A DNA stretch of 64,000 nt, from the NCBI GenBank assembly GCA_965248535.1, contig CBDFJR010000002.1:1120001-1184000 (forward strand), given 5' to 3'. A model generated the notes under the pieces. The model ran no database searches and was not told the DNA's origin. It saw only the letters and a list, made by a program, of their open reading frames with translations. The DNA is from Phormidesmis sp. Its GTDB lineage: Bacteria; Cyanobacteriota; Cyanobacteriia; Leptolyngbyales; Leptolyngbyaceae. The position numbers and the translations under genes were made by a program. Shown in pieces: positions 27,497 through 38,148 of this stretch (position 1 is its first letter; every line of letters begins with the position of its first letter).

Positions 27497-28366
27497 TTAA
27501 CGATCGCGCAATCCTAGTCCAAATCCCTCTCGACGACTCAGCAGACTATAGTAACTGGCAGCCTTCACCGCTTGCCAAAGAGGCATGGTTAAAACGCTAA
27601 AAACCAATACTAAAACGATTGAAAGAATTGAACTCAAATTTGAATAAGCTTGATAAGGGTTTGCTGAAAATCTAGTAGAAAACCAAGCGATTAGAAACCC
27701 AAACGATTGAATTGATATGAACAAAGAAGTCACCAATACAAAGGTTACTGTCATCACTCCTGGTAAATAAAAGGTAGAGCCTTTTGTAAGCTTCCAACTG
27801 CGACGGATAGCAGCGATTAGCCCAGATCCTTTCTCACTTCCCAAGAGAAGCTCAGTTAAGAAAAAACGGGAATAAGTCCAAAAAATCGTCAAAGGAAACA
27901 GCACAAATATTGCTATGCCAAGCAACACCCCAAGCAAATGACCCACTGCTTCTAAGTCACTGTGGGGTAGTTTCAAAATACCCACCGTGAAGGCAGTTGC
28001 TGTAGCCGCCATAATGGTTAAGAGCAGTAGGAAAACGATCGTCACTATTGTCGAGACCAACGACAGCAGAAACACTAGAATATTCGTGACTAAAAATCTC
28101 CAACTCTGACACTTAACCTGACGAAATATCGTTTGATAACTTTCAACCTGCTCTGTTAGTTCGTTAAATGTCAGTCCAGCAATAAAAGCCGATATCTCAA
28201 AGAATTGAATCCAGCCATAAACGGGAACCACGAGCCAGAGATGAGCAGTCAGCGCCAGACTTAAATAGCGGCCAAAATTTCTACGATAAATTTGCAATCC
28301 AGCGCTAACGACATTTCCGATGCTTAAAGGTCGGCTTAGGCGAGACGGAAAGACGTTTTCAGTCAT
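27497..28366 (-). CDS. membrane protein, paralog of 25475-26296
   Basis: shares LS.GNVV.AG start and RREG.GL.LRDR end. Confidence 0.7.
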   Translation of the reverse strand: MTENVFPSRLSRPLSIGNVVSAGLQIYRRNFGRYLSLALTAHLWLVVPVYGWIQFFEISAFIAGLTFNELTEQVESYQTIFRQVKCQSWRFLVTNILVFLLSLVSTIVTIVFLLLLTIMAATATAFTVGILKLPHSDLEAVGHLLGVLLGIAIFVLFPLTIFWTYSRFFLTELLLGSEKGSGLIAAIRRSWKLTKGSTFYLPGVMTVTFVLVTSLFISIQSFGFLIAWFSTRFSANPYQAYSNLSSILSIVLVLVFSVLTMPLWQAVKAASYYSLLSRREGFGLGLRDR

Positions 28367-28377
28367 GAGTCAAATCT

Positions 28378-29688
28378 TTAGAGTTGATTTTTGGCTTTGA
28401 GGTGCAGATAGCGATCGACGAGTTGTTCGGTGATCTGATTAGCAGGCGCATCCAGCACCAACACCCCTTTTCGCTTCAACTCAGCAAACGCAACTTGACG
28501 TTGAGCCAACAGATCCAACGCCACCGCACGAGCATAAGTAGACGGCACATCTTCCGTAACAGCATTGGCTTGACGATCGACTTGGGGATCACGAAGCGTT
28601 ACACAAAATGGCAAATAGCGCGGCGTTAAGCGACCGAGGGCAGCCAACAATTCAGCCGATGCCGTAATATCTACGATATCAGTGATGAGAACGACTAACG
28701 CACGGCGAGTTTGCTGATTTGCTAACGCTGTGACCGCGCCCAAATAATCAGGTTCGATAATCTCTGGCTGAATGGGAGTGAGACGCTCAATTAAATGGGT
28801 TAAATGCGATTGACCACGCTCTGGCGGAATCCAAGTGTGAATTTGACGATCGAACACCCCAACTCCCACCCGATCGCCGCGATGCAGTCCCGCTAAAGCT
28901 AAGGAAAGAGTCGCATTCAGCCCCCAATCAAATCGAGATAATCCTTTAACGTTGGCGGTCATTAAGCGGCCTCGATCGAGCAAAATAATCAAGGTTTGCT
29001 CTTGTTCTGGCTCTAACACCCTCACCAACGGCTGCCCGCGTCGTGCCGTCGCCTTCCAGTCGATAAAACGTGGATCGTCCCCCACACCATAGTCGCGCAG
29101 TTCGGCAAACTCGGTGCCCATGCCCAATCGTCTCGCCCGTCGAATCGACCCTGATGATTGCAGCGTCAGCCGAATGGAGAGCGATCGTAGCCCAATCAAG
29201 TCGGGATACACCGCCACTTTCTGAGGTTGCGGAACCTTCCAATCTTGCCACGCCAACCGCCAGGGACTCAATTGCCGCACCTGAATCGCGCTCCACAAAT
29301 ACTCGCCGCGATGGGTGGGATGCACCGTGTAGAGCAAGTTTTGAGCACTATCGCTTGACAACTTTGCCGAGAGGGGCATCTGCGACACCCCAAACTCGAT
29401 CGGATAACTGTCGTAAATCTGCACTTCGGCCGCCTGCCCAGCTTCGACCGAGAGGCTGACGACGTTATCGCGCCCGATCGAGAGCTTTGACAACGCCGAT
29501 CGCTCAACCCGAACGCGACTAACGCGGCTGCTGTCCCAGATCACCAAACCGAGCAATAGCCCATCCCAAATCAGCAGGGTGATCAGCCAAGCAGCAACGC
29601 GAGTGCGATCGTCCCAAATCGTGGCGACAATGGCCGCGATCGCCATCCCCAAAATTAATAATCCGTAAGTCTGACGAGAAGGAATCAT
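28378..29688 (-). CDS. DUF58 domain protein
   Basis: GTEFAELRDY..GDD.R.IDWKATAR. Confidence 0.88.
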   Translation of the reverse strand: MIPSRQTYGLLILGMAIAAIVATIWDDRTRVAAWLITLLIWDGLLLGLVIWDSSRVSRVRVERSALSKLSIGRDNVVSLSVEAGQAAEVQIYDSYPIEFGVSQMPLSAKLSSDSAQNLLYTVHPTHRGEYLWSAIQVRQLSPWRLAWQDWKVPQPQKVAVYPDLIGLRSLSIRLTLQSSGSIRRARRLGMGTEFAELRDYGVGDDPRFIDWKATARRGQPLVRVLEPEQEQTLIILLDRGRLMTANVKGLSRFDWGLNATLSLALAGLHRGDRVGVGVFDRQIHTWIPPERGQSHLTHLIERLTPIQPEIIEPDYLGAVTALANQQTRRALVVLITDIVDITASAELLAALGRLTPRYLPFCVTLRDPQVDRQANAVTEDVPSTYARAVALDLLAQRQVAFAELKRKGVLVLDAPANQITEQLVDRYLHLKAKNQL

Positions 29689-29694
29689 GAAGCG

Positions 29695-30645
29695 CTATCT
29701 AGGAACAGGAACTTGAGTCAAAACAGAAGCAATCACAGCATCGACATTGACCCCATCAAGTTGCGCTTCGGGGCGAAGAATGAGGCGGTGTCGCAATAGC
29801 GGCGGAGCAATGGCTTTAATATCGTCAGGGGTGACAAATTCGCGCCCTGATAACCAGGCTTGAGCTTTGCTAGCTTGCAGCCAAGCGACCGCCGATCGGG
29901 GTGAAGCCCCCAACACTAAATCAGGGTGATTGCGCGTTTTTTGCACCACCCCTAACAAATAATCCAGCACTGATTCTTGAACCGCGATCGCGCTCACTTC
30001 TTGTCGAGCTTGCAGAATTTGCTCGACTGTTGCCAAAGGCTTAAGCTTGACCAAATCTAATCGCTTGGCTTGAAAGCCGGCCTCACTGTTTAACAACATC
30101 CGCTTTTCGGCGGCCGCATCGGGGTAGGGAACAATCAGTTTGAACAAGAAGCGATCGAGTTGCGCTTCGGGTAAAGGATAGGTGCCTTCAAACTCTAGAG
30201 AATTTTGCGTAGCAATTACCCAAAACAGGGGTGAAAGCGGCAGACTTTCGCCATCTAGCGTGACTTGCTGTTCTTCCATGGCCTCTAGCAACGCAGACTG
30301 CGTTTTAGGCGGCGTGCGATTGATCTCGTCGGCCAGCAGAATTTGAGTAAAAATCGGCCCCTTTTTAAGGGTGAACTCGCGGCTGTTCAGGTCAAAAATA
30401 GTTGTCCCTAAAATGTCAGAGGGCAAGATATCAGGCGTAAGCTGCACCCGACGAAAATCTGCCTCAACCAATCGCGCCATCACCTTGACGAGCAGGGTTT
30501 TACCCGTTCCTGGCACCCCTTCTAAAATCACATGCCCCCCCGTCAATAGGGCGATCGTTAGCTGCTGCACGATCGTAGACTGCCCCACCACAACTTTATC
30601 AAGGGCTTGTCTAAGACGAGTAAAAACGGCGTGGAGGTCTGACAT
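29695..30645 (-). CDS. MoxR family AAA+ ATPase
   Basis: EGVPGTGKT, LADEINRTPPKTQSALLEAM, YPLPEAQLDRF. Confidence 0.92.
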   Translation of the reverse strand: MSDLHAVFTRLRQALDKVVVGQSTIVQQLTIALLTGGHVILEGVPGTGKTLLVKVMARLVEADFRRVQLTPDILPSDILGTTIFDLNSREFTLKKGPIFTQILLADEINRTPPKTQSALLEAMEEQQVTLDGESLPLSPLFWVIATQNSLEFEGTYPLPEAQLDRFLFKLIVPYPDAAAEKRMLLNSEAGFQAKRLDLVKLKPLATVEQILQARQEVSAIAVQESVLDYLLGVVQKTRNHPDLVLGASPRSAVAWLQASKAQAWLSGREFVTPDDIKAIAPPLLRHRLILRPEAQLDGVNVDAVIASVLTQVPVPR

Positions 30646-30785
30646 AGATTCAAAGATGAAGGTGAACTGTAGATAGGGTTAGTATCGACAAACAGCACAT
30701 TCATCTTACGGGCTGATCTGCAAATTGGGGCACCCGGTTTCAAAATCCCGTCGTTTCCTCAGGAGATCTCCCGCTTCAACATCTT

Positions 30786-32342
30786 CTAAAATGCAAACGT
30801 AGTCCGAATGACACCCACCACAATATCTTTATTGTCTTGATTATGGTTGGGGGCCGTTAACCAAATGATTCCGGGAGTGATTGAGATATTGTTATTTAAC
30901 GCATGGCGATAGAATCCCTCAATGTGCAGACCCGTATCACGATCGCGTCTCGCAGACAGCCCACTCAGCAGCGCCGTCGTGCCTGTGAGCTTAGGCTGCA
31001 TGCCGACAATAATCCCGCCTAGGTTTCCTTTTTGACCCAAATCTGGAAACGCCAGCGTCACCGCATAGTTCCAAACATCTCCATCACCGCGCACCGTTCC
31101 AGTTAACGCACGAGCCTTTGTGTAACCCACCCATCCACCTGCTTGCAACCCACTGCTGATTTTAAAATTGGCTTCAACGCCATAGGAGTTAGAAGCAACG
31201 GCTCGACCAGACAAATTAGACAAGAGGCTGCCTGTTCCTGTGTTTAGCCCGTTGTCACTATAGGCATTGACATAGGTGAGGGCGATCGTGCCAAATTTGG
31301 GCGTAAAAACCACTTGACCCAACGCCGCATAGTTGCCATTAAACAACCCCGCGCCCCGACCGGGACTGCTAGCTTCGTTGGCGAGATAGGCAACCTCCAA
31401 CTTTAAAGCTGAACTCAGCTTGATATTGGCAGATCCGCCCGTGTCAAAACCTAAGCGATAAATGGGATTGTAGCGCCCAAAGCGAGAAATGCTGGCCTGT
31501 GCATCACTGGCTAGCGGGTTGATGATATCGTCGAGCACGTCAATAAAGCCAATATTAAAGCCTGTGGCCGCCGTCAATTTAACGCTTTTATTCAGAGGAA
31601 AGCTGTATTTGAGCAGGCTGAGAAATCCGGCGTTTGACGTGTCGCTGCCTGACTGAAAACTGAGCCGAGCTTCGTTACCAGGAGCCGTATTGGTCGTTGA
31701 ACGAGGATCAATAACGTTAGTAGCTTGAATGCGCGTGGTGAGCAGGTCTTTGCCTGTGAAGCTCGTGTTTAAATTGAGCCGAACGCGATCGGACACGGTG
31801 GCATTATAGTTATCATCTTGACCATTGCGACTTGCGCCTCCAAAGGCATCGGTGACGGCAAAGATCACCTGCCCACTGAGTTTAGTCGTGGTCGAAAATT
31901 GCTGTCGTTCTAAGGTGGTTGTTCGCGCTTCTAAACCATCTACTCGTCCCCTTAAGGTGGCTAACTCTGCTGCAAATTCTGCTTGCAGCTTTTGCAGTGT
32001 GGCTAAATCTTCTTTTTTGACTAACTCTGTGGTTGCGGCCGCGATGAGTTCATTAACGCGATCGAGACACGCATTCAGTCCGGCGGCAAATTCATAGCGC
32101 GTTAACGCCCGGTTGCCTCGATAGGTTTTGTCGGGGTAGCCTGCAATGCAGCCATACCGTTCGACTAGCGATTGCAAAGCCTGAAATGCCCAATCAGTCG
32201 GCTTTACATCCGAAAGCTGCGAGACCGAAGTCACTTGCTCGATCTCGATTGGATTGGGTTGCGTCTCGGTTTCTAATGGTTGAGCGATCGCTGGAGTGGC
32301 TACTAAAATAAACGCTGGAAACAATGACCACCCAATTTTCAT
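30786..32342 (-). CDS. cyanobacterial SLH-domain OprB-type porin
   Basis: QVTSVSQLSDVKPTDWAFQALQSLVERYGC, QFSTTTKL, C-terminal RTTFAF. Confidence 0.9.
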   Translation of the reverse strand: MKIGWSLFPAFILVATPAIAQPLETETQPNPIEIEQVTSVSQLSDVKPTDWAFQALQSLVERYGCIAGYPDKTYRGNRALTRYEFAAGLNACLDRVNELIAAATTELVKKEDLATLQKLQAEFAAELATLRGRVDGLEARTTTLERQQFSTTTKLSGQVIFAVTDAFGGASRNGQDDNYNATVSDRVRLNLNTSFTGKDLLTTRIQATNVIDPRSTTNTAPGNEARLSFQSGSDTSNAGFLSLLKYSFPLNKSVKLTAATGFNIGFIDVLDDIINPLASDAQASISRFGRYNPIYRLGFDTGGSANIKLSSALKLEVAYLANEASSPGRGAGLFNGNYAALGQVVFTPKFGTIALTYVNAYSDNGLNTGTGSLLSNLSGRAVASNSYGVEANFKISSGLQAGGWVGYTKARALTGTVRGDGDVWNYAVTLAFPDLGQKGNLGGIIVGMQPKLTGTTALLSGLSARRDRDTGLHIEGFYRHALNNNISITPGIIWLTAPNHNQDNKDIVVGVIRTTFAF

Positions 32343-32433
32343 TAACTCTATCCTCACACACAATAACCCGGCCAAAAAATCTAGTAGAAGCCGATGATGA
32401 ACGCTTCTACCAACCGATGGGGATTGATCAATG

Positions 32434-33222
32434 CTAATGCAGAATTTGTGATAGAAACTTGCGAGTGCGATCGTTGGTTGAATTGTTAAAAAACTTGTCG
32501 GGCGTTGTGTCTTCAACCAGCAAGCCCTCGGCTAAGAAGATCACACGATCGGCAACTTCCCGCGCAAACCCAACTTCATGGGTGACACAAACCATCGTCA
32601 TGCCTGATTGCGCCAGTCCTCGCATCACGTCTAAGACTTCGCGCACCATTTCGGGGTCGAGGGCAGAAGTCGGTTCGTCAAAGAGCATGACCTTAGGCTT
32701 CATCGCTAAAGCACGAGCGATCGCCACTCGCTGCTGTTGCCCCCCCGAAAGCTGACCCGGATATTTGTTTGCCTGCTGATCGATGCCCACTCGCTTTAAC
32801 AGCGTCATTCCTAACTCTTCGGCCTCAGCTTTAGACAACCCTCTCAGGTGAATGGGCGCTAGGGTGACGTTGCCTAAAATCGTGAGGTGCGGGAAGAGAT
32901 TAAACTGCTGAAACACCATTCCCACTTCTCGTCGCACTAGCTCGATATTTTTAGCGTCGTGAGCGATCAGCGTTCCGTCAATCTCAATGCTGCCTTTTTG
33001 GTAGGGTTCTAGCGCATTAAACGTGCGGATAAACGTGGATTTTCCCGAACCAGATGGCCCCATTAAGACGACAACTTCGCCTTTATTAACCGTTAGACTC
33101 ACGCCTTTGAGAACGTGAAATCCGTTGTCGTAAGTTTTTTCGACATCTTTAGCGACAATGATCGGCTGTAGCTCCGCTGTGCTGCCGCTACTGTGAGCCG
33201 TTCCCGATTGAGAATAAGACAT
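32434..33222 (-). CDS. polar amino acid ABC transporter ATPase
   Basis: [38 protein letters not shown]. Confidence 0.92.
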   Translation of the reverse strand: MSYSQSGTAHSSGSTAELQPIIVAKDVEKTYDNGFHVLKGVSLTVNKGEVVVLMGPSGSGKSTFIRTFNALEPYQKGSIEIDGTLIAHDAKNIELVRREVGMVFQQFNLFPHLTILGNVTLAPIHLRGLSKAEAEELGMTLLKRVGIDQQANKYPGQLSGGQQQRVAIARALAMKPKVMLFDEPTSALDPEMVREVLDVMRGLAQSGMTMVCVTHEVGFAREVADRVIFLAEGLLVEDTTPDKFFNNSTNDRTRKFLSQILH

Positions 33223-33282
33223 GTCTACTGGTCTCCTTGACTGCAAATTAGTGATAACTTTGGCGTATCGTTGTCTAACCAT

Positions 33283-34179
33283 TTAGGCGGGCGGAGTTAA
33301 ATCAGGAAGCGGTTCGTTAAACCATTTCAATGAGAGTTCGTTGAGTTTTCCAGACTGTTTCATCGCTGTAATAATGGCATCAACTTTGACCACTAACCTG
33401 GCATCACCCTTGCGGATTCCGACATAGCAAGGAGAATTTTTCATGATGTATTTTTTCTCGATCTTTTTGTCTGGATTATCTTTGGTAATTTTGGCCGCAA
33501 CAACGTTTCCCGTCGCAATCAACGGAACTTGACCCGACACGAGCGCGGCAGCCGTTAGACTGTTGTTTGCAAATCGTTTTATCGTTGCAGTTCCCGCAGG
33601 GAGCTTAGAGAGTTCTAAGTCTTCTAAAGATCCTTGAGCAACCCCGATCGTTTGCCCCTTGAGATCCGCCGCAGAGGCGACAACGGCTTCTGGGATGCCG
33701 TAAACGCCCGAAAAGAAGGGGGCATAGGGCTGAGAAAAATCGATAATCTTAGCGCGGTCTTTGTTTTTGCCGAGGCTGGAAATCACTAGATCAGCCCGAT
33801 CGGTTTGCAAGAATGGCACCCGGTAGTTACCAATCACAGGAATCAACTCTAGTTTGACGTTCAGCCCTTTTGCAATCTCACTGGCAACGTCAATGTCATA
33901 GCCCCGCAAATCCATTTTGGGCCCCATTGAACCGAAGGGCGGAAAATCGTCGGGCACCGCCACTCGCACCGTTCCAGCCGCCATAATCTTGTCGAGGGTT
34001 TTACCGCGTTCTCCCGCAGGGGGCACGATTTCAGACGCGCTGATCAGTGCCAATTTCGTTACAGAGGTGGATGGCCCAGAACAGGAAGCCACGCTCACCG
34101 TAACCAGCAGACTGGCGAAGAAGAGGACGATCGCCCGGTGTAACCGATCGGGAAAGAATTCCTTCAATACTTTCATCAT
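33283..34179 (-). CDS. polar amino acid ABC transporter substrate-binding lipoprotein
   Basis: VASC lipobox, FPPFG, GYDIDVA, IDFSQPY. Confidence 0.88.
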   Translation of the reverse strand: MMKVLKEFFPDRLHRAIVLFFASLLVTVSVASCSGPSTSVTKLALISASEIVPPAGERGKTLDKIMAAGTVRVAVPDDFPPFGSMGPKMDLRGYDIDVASEIAKGLNVKLELIPVIGNYRVPFLQTDRADLVISSLGKNKDRAKIIDFSQPYAPFFSGVYGIPEAVVASAADLKGQTIGVAQGSLEDLELSKLPAGTATIKRFANNSLTAAALVSGQVPLIATGNVVAAKITKDNPDKKIEKKYIMKNSPCYVGIRKGDARLVVKVDAIITAMKQSGKLNELSLKWFNEPLPDLTPPA

Positions 34180-34183
34180 TTTT

Positions 34184-34843
34184 TTATGCCTTGTAGCTCA
34201 GTTTCTTCTCTAGTTGTTGACTCCAAGCCGAGAGCGGATAGCAGAGGGCAAAATAGAGCAAACCTGCTAATGAAAAAACCAGCAGGGATTTCAAGGTGAC
34301 GTTGTTAATCTGGGTCGCAACACGAGAAATTTCGGCAAACCCAATCACTGATGCTAGAGATGTGCCTTTAATGACTTGTACTAAAAATCCCACGGTCGGC
34401 GCGATCGAGAGCTTTACCGCTTGCGGCAAAACCACGAGCCGTAGCTGTTTAAAATAGCCAAATCCCAGCGCTGAAGAGGCTTCCCACTGACCTCTAGGAA
34501 TCGCTTCGATCGAGCCTCGCCAAATGTCTGCCAAAAACGAACTAGTGAAGGCAGTTAACGCTAGCGTTGCGGCTACGAGGGGAGATAAGTTAATGCCAAA
34601 CACAACAGAGATGCCAAAGAAGGCAAGAAATAGCTGTAACAGAAGCGGAGTGCCTTCAAAAAACTCAATGTACACCAAACTGAGAAACTTGACCCACTTG
34701 ATTGACGAGATTCGCATCAGGGTGATTAAAAAACCGACAATGCCGCCCACCACGAAGGCGATCGCGGACAAGATAATCGTCCATTTAGCAGCAACCAACA
34801 AATTGATTAAGATTTGCGAGACGGTAAATTCATCCATTTCCAA
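34184..34843 (-). CDS. polar amino acid ABC transporter permease
   Basis: GTPLLLQL, GQWEASSALG, IKGTSLAS. Confidence 0.9.
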   Translation of the reverse strand: MEMDEFTVSQILINLLVAAKWTIILSAIAFVVGGIVGFLITLMRISSIKWVKFLSLVYIEFFEGTPLLLQLFLAFFGISVVFGINLSPLVAATLALTAFTSSFLADIWRGSIEAIPRGQWEASSALGFGYFKQLRLVVLPQAVKLSIAPTVGFLVQVIKGTSLASVIGFAEISRVATQINNVTLKSLLVFSLAGLLYFALCYPLSAWSQQLEKKLSYKA

Positions 34844-34855
34844 CGTCCTAAAAAG

Positions 34856-35539
34856 CTAGCGGCGATATTTAGCAAACTCAAAAAACCGTCGTTCAATCAA
34901 AAATGCCATCGCTTTAATAATCCAAACAAGGGCTAAATAAATTAGCGAAATTGTAAAGTAGATTTCAAAGCTTCGGAAGCTGCGAGCGTTGAGAAAATCG
35001 CCGACAAATGTTAAATCTTCGGTCGCAATTTGAGACACGACGCTGGTAAATAAAACTGCTAGGATCACTTGCCCAACTAGCGCAGGATAGATATTAGCTA
35101 AAGCGGGAAGCAAAATAATATGACGAAAAATAGACAATGGCTTGAATCCAAGCGCCATTCCTGCTTCGACCTGTCCTTTATGAATGCTTTCAACGCCAGC
35201 GCGGACAATCTCCGTAGAATAAGCGCCAAAGTTCACCGCTAATGACAGAATTGCCGCTTGTTCGGCAGTTAATTTAATGCCTAAGTTTGGCATTCCAAAA
35301 AAGATAAAAAATAGCTGAATCAGATAAGGAGTGTTGCGAATAACCTCGACGTAGGCCAGCGCGATCGCATCTAAAATCTTGTTTTTTGACGTTCTAAAAA
35401 TGGCCCCAATGATGCCAATCACTAGACCAAACGCGATCGCTAACAGCGATATTTTAAAGGTTAACCATGCACCTGCCAGCAGCAGTCCAATGTTATCCCC
35501 AATAATCGAGAACTGAAACGAATATCCCATAGTCTTCAA
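34856..35539 (-). CDS. polar amino acid ABC transporter permease
   Basis: RNTPYLIQLF, GQVEAGMALG. Confidence 0.9.
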   Translation of the reverse strand: MKTMGYSFQFSIIGDNIGLLLAGAWLTFKISLLAIAFGLVIGIIGAIFRTSKNKILDAIALAYVEVIRNTPYLIQLFFIFFGMPNLGIKLTAEQAAILSLAVNFGAYSTEIVRAGVESIHKGQVEAGMALGFKPLSIFRHIILLPALANIYPALVGQVILAVLFTSVVSQIATEDLTFVGDFLNARSFRSFEIYFTISLIYLALVWIIKAMAFLIERRFFEFAKYRR

Positions 35540-35720
35540 CGCTTATAGCGAGTAGAAAACAATCAGCGTATTCTGGGTACAGTAGTTAATTTAATAGATT
35601 AAGTTTGTGTTTGAGAGTACACTTTTAATTCAATTTTGTCTTTGCCAAGATAAACTATTAGCATCTCAATTAGGGCAAGGTTACGCATCTCGCTAACTAC
35701 TCAGTCTCTATCTGAATCGT

Positions 35721-37064
35721 CTACTTTTTCGCGGGTTTAAACCGCTCTTTTGCGGCTGCAAACGACTCTCGCATCACGGTCTGAATTCGTTTGGGGTCAG
35801 GCGTGTTGCCGCCCAACAGATCTCCAAAATAGACGCAGGCTGTTTCTCCCAATGCCCACGTGTAAGTGGTTGCCCAAGATGCAGCAATCACACTGCCAAA
35901 ACCAGGGATGAATTTGATTAGCTCACGCCCGATCGCTTGGGCGACAAATCCCCCGGCGATCGCGCTGACCAGCCCCCCCGCCTGAGACGGACTGAGGGTT
36001 TGCCCATAAATTTGCCCTAACAAACCCACCATTGAGGCTTGCAGCGCCGTCAGCACAGGCATCGTTGCTAAAGGGAGTGGCACCGCAGCTAACGCCCCCG
36101 CCATCACCGAAAAGGGCAAAATGTAGCGCCGTCCGGCTTCTCGGTAGAGGTTGCTGATTTGTTTTCCGGCTTCTCGATCGCTCAATAACTGCGATATCGT
36201 CCGAGACTCTGCTTCGGGCAGCAAGTCTGCAAGGGCATCAGCCAGCGCGTCTAAGCCATAAAACACGGGAGTAAAGCCATCGTCTTCTAACGTGAAATCG
36301 ATGAGGACGGTGCGATCGAACAATCCTTCAAATCCGCGCTGCAACTCCACAAAGGCTCGACTCACGTCTTCAAAGCTAGGCGGATAGGCAGGATGATCTT
36401 CAACCTCTGCCGGATAAAGCTCGTGGAGACAGGTCACCGCCAATAAACAAGGCACTTCAGGATGCTGTTGCCGGATTTGATCAGCGACTTGTTTCAGCGT
36501 ATCGGTCGCAAAGTCAGTAATCTTCACCGTTAGGATGAGGATTTTTGCCTGAGTTTCTCCTCGCCCCTTAATAGACTTGCCCTCAATCTCGCCCACAAGC
36601 TCTCGAATGACTTCGGTCGTTTCTTGAGTGCCATCGCCCAAACCCACGGTGTCTGTAAAGACCAGCAGCGGCAAATCATCGGTCGGATAGCTATAGCGTT
36701 GGGTATATCGCGTGTGGGGTCGAAACCCTTGACCAATAATCTCTGTCGAAACGCCTGTTAAACCACGCACGATCGAGCTTTTGCCCGCCTGGGGCTTGCC
36801 AATTAACAGGGCTTCGGTGGTCGGCAACTCTGCCCGAATCTTCTTGAGAATCTCAGCAATTTCGGCTTCGTCAACCCTAAACCATCCGGTGACGGTCTGG
36901 GCAACCTGCTGCACTGGCAGAGCCTGACTTAGATTTGAGGTGACATTCCCCCAAAAATCTCGCGTTTTGTCGAGCCAATGCTGAGTGACCTGCGCCTGAG
37001 ATGGCGCATCAGCGGTTTGAGGCGTGCTAGAAGATGGATGGTTGTCTTCGGGTTGCTCGGCCAT
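35721..37064 (-). CDS. GTP-binding protein with DUF697/YcjF-like C-terminus
   Basis: GKPQAGKSS, DTVG, AAVPLP...LIKFIPG. Confidence 0.75.
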   Translation of the reverse strand: MAEQPEDNHPSSSTPQTADAPSQAQVTQHWLDKTRDFWGNVTSNLSQALPVQQVAQTVTGWFRVDEAEIAEILKKIRAELPTTEALLIGKPQAGKSSIVRGLTGVSTEIIGQGFRPHTRYTQRYSYPTDDLPLLVFTDTVGLGDGTQETTEVIRELVGEIEGKSIKGRGETQAKILILTVKITDFATDTLKQVADQIRQQHPEVPCLLAVTCLHELYPAEVEDHPAYPPSFEDVSRAFVELQRGFEGLFDRTVLIDFTLEDDGFTPVFYGLDALADALADLLPEAESRTISQLLSDREAGKQISNLYREAGRRYILPFSVMAGALAAVPLPLATMPVLTALQASMVGLLGQIYGQTLSPSQAGGLVSAIAGGFVAQAIGRELIKFIPGFGSVIAASWATTYTWALGETACVYFGDLLGGNTPDPKRIQTVMRESFAAAKERFKPAKK

Positions 37065-37162
37065 GATCGTCTAGAAGTTCCACAACGGGCGACTTCTCAA
37101 ACTTACCGCAGCTTGCTCTGAGTTAACAGAGCAGGGAACCGAACCCAGACGATCGCCGCTTT

Positions 37163-37471
37163 CTAAGCCTCTTCACGCGGGTCGCCGCCGGGAGACGACC
37201 GATAGAGCGCGTCTAGCTGCTCGCGGGCATCTTCGACGGTCATCGATCGCATAACTAACAGTGGCTCGTTGATCAGCTTACCGTTGTTGTCTAACAATTC
37301 GGGGTGGGGCACTCGGATGCGAGAAGACATCGGGCGAGCCGGGTCATAGCTTCTCGGCGCATAGTGTCGCTGCGACTCAGCCCCTAGAGTCAACAGGTTG
37401 CGAATCAGGTTACCGATCGCTAAAAAAGCAAGCAAGGTAAACGCGAAAATGTAAATCAAATGCAATATCAT
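37163..37471 (-). CDS. DUF2973-like cyanobacterial protein
   Basis: N-terminal TM, PHPELLD..G...EPLLVMR. Confidence 0.7.
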   Translation of the reverse strand: MILHLIYIFAFTLLAFLAIGNLIRNLLTLGAESQRHYAPRSYDPARPMSSRIRVPHPELLDNNGKLINEPLLVMRSMTVEDAREQLDALYRSSPGGDPREEA

Positions 37472-37662
37472 AGCGCCTCTTTAACGGAACCACGCCGACT
37501 TAAATGGATGGAAAACCAGGGCTGCTCTAGCCTTGAGGCAACCCTGCCTGCTGATAGGTCGTGGGGACAACCCCTTCAATTCCAAAAACTTTAGGCAGAC
37601 TGTTTAAAAATTAATCTTTATATCTAATCATCGCTCATAGTCTCTCAGATTTCTCACTCTCG

Positions 37663-37992
37663 TCACATCTCTTTTTGAATGGACGGATTAGAGCGTAGTC
37701 GCATACTCACCTGCCAGCATTCTGTGACGATTTGATGCCAAGTCATCAGCATCGAAGTCTCAACCCCTACCTGCCCATCAGTCACTTTTAGGAGAGTTTG
37801 TGTCGTTCTGACTTCTTGCTGGGCCTGGGTTACTCGTGCGAGTAGGGCGGCTTGCTGCTCGGCTTTGAGAAAAGAGATGGGTGCTGACTCAAAGAGGGAG
37901 CGCGATCGCTCAAACCAATATTGAAAATCGTCTAACAATGGCTCTAAAACGGTCTTTAGCAGATCTGGGTCTGGCAAATTAGAGTTAAACAT
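37663..37992 (-). CDS. DUF2605-like cyanobacterial protein
   Basis: LL.DFQYWF.RS...WH..VTECW. Confidence 0.7.
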   Translation of the reverse strand: MFNSNLPDPDLLKTVLEPLLDDFQYWFERSRSLFESAPISFLKAEQQAALLARVTQAQQEVRTTQTLLKVTDGQVGVETSMLMTWHQIVTECWQVSMRLRSNPSIQKEM

Positions 37993-38148
37993 GCATCTAA
38001 ACTATCTTGGAAATTGTCAGGAATCTCTAAAACTATTTACATTTCGCAATGCTTTCTCATCTTACCCCCAACTGGTGACTCTGCGACATTCATCCCATTC
38101 ATCGCGATCGGATCGGTAAGATGGATAGAGTTATATCCAGCACGACCC

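Noticed and set aside
31880..32240. sequence similarity with about 57640-58000 as a recent duplication
   Set aside because: It is the conserved SLH/coiled-coil block of paralogous porins, with many synonymous differences.
35568..35580. NtcA box upstream of the amino acid ABC operon
   Set aside because: Spacing is GTA-N7-TAC, not N8.
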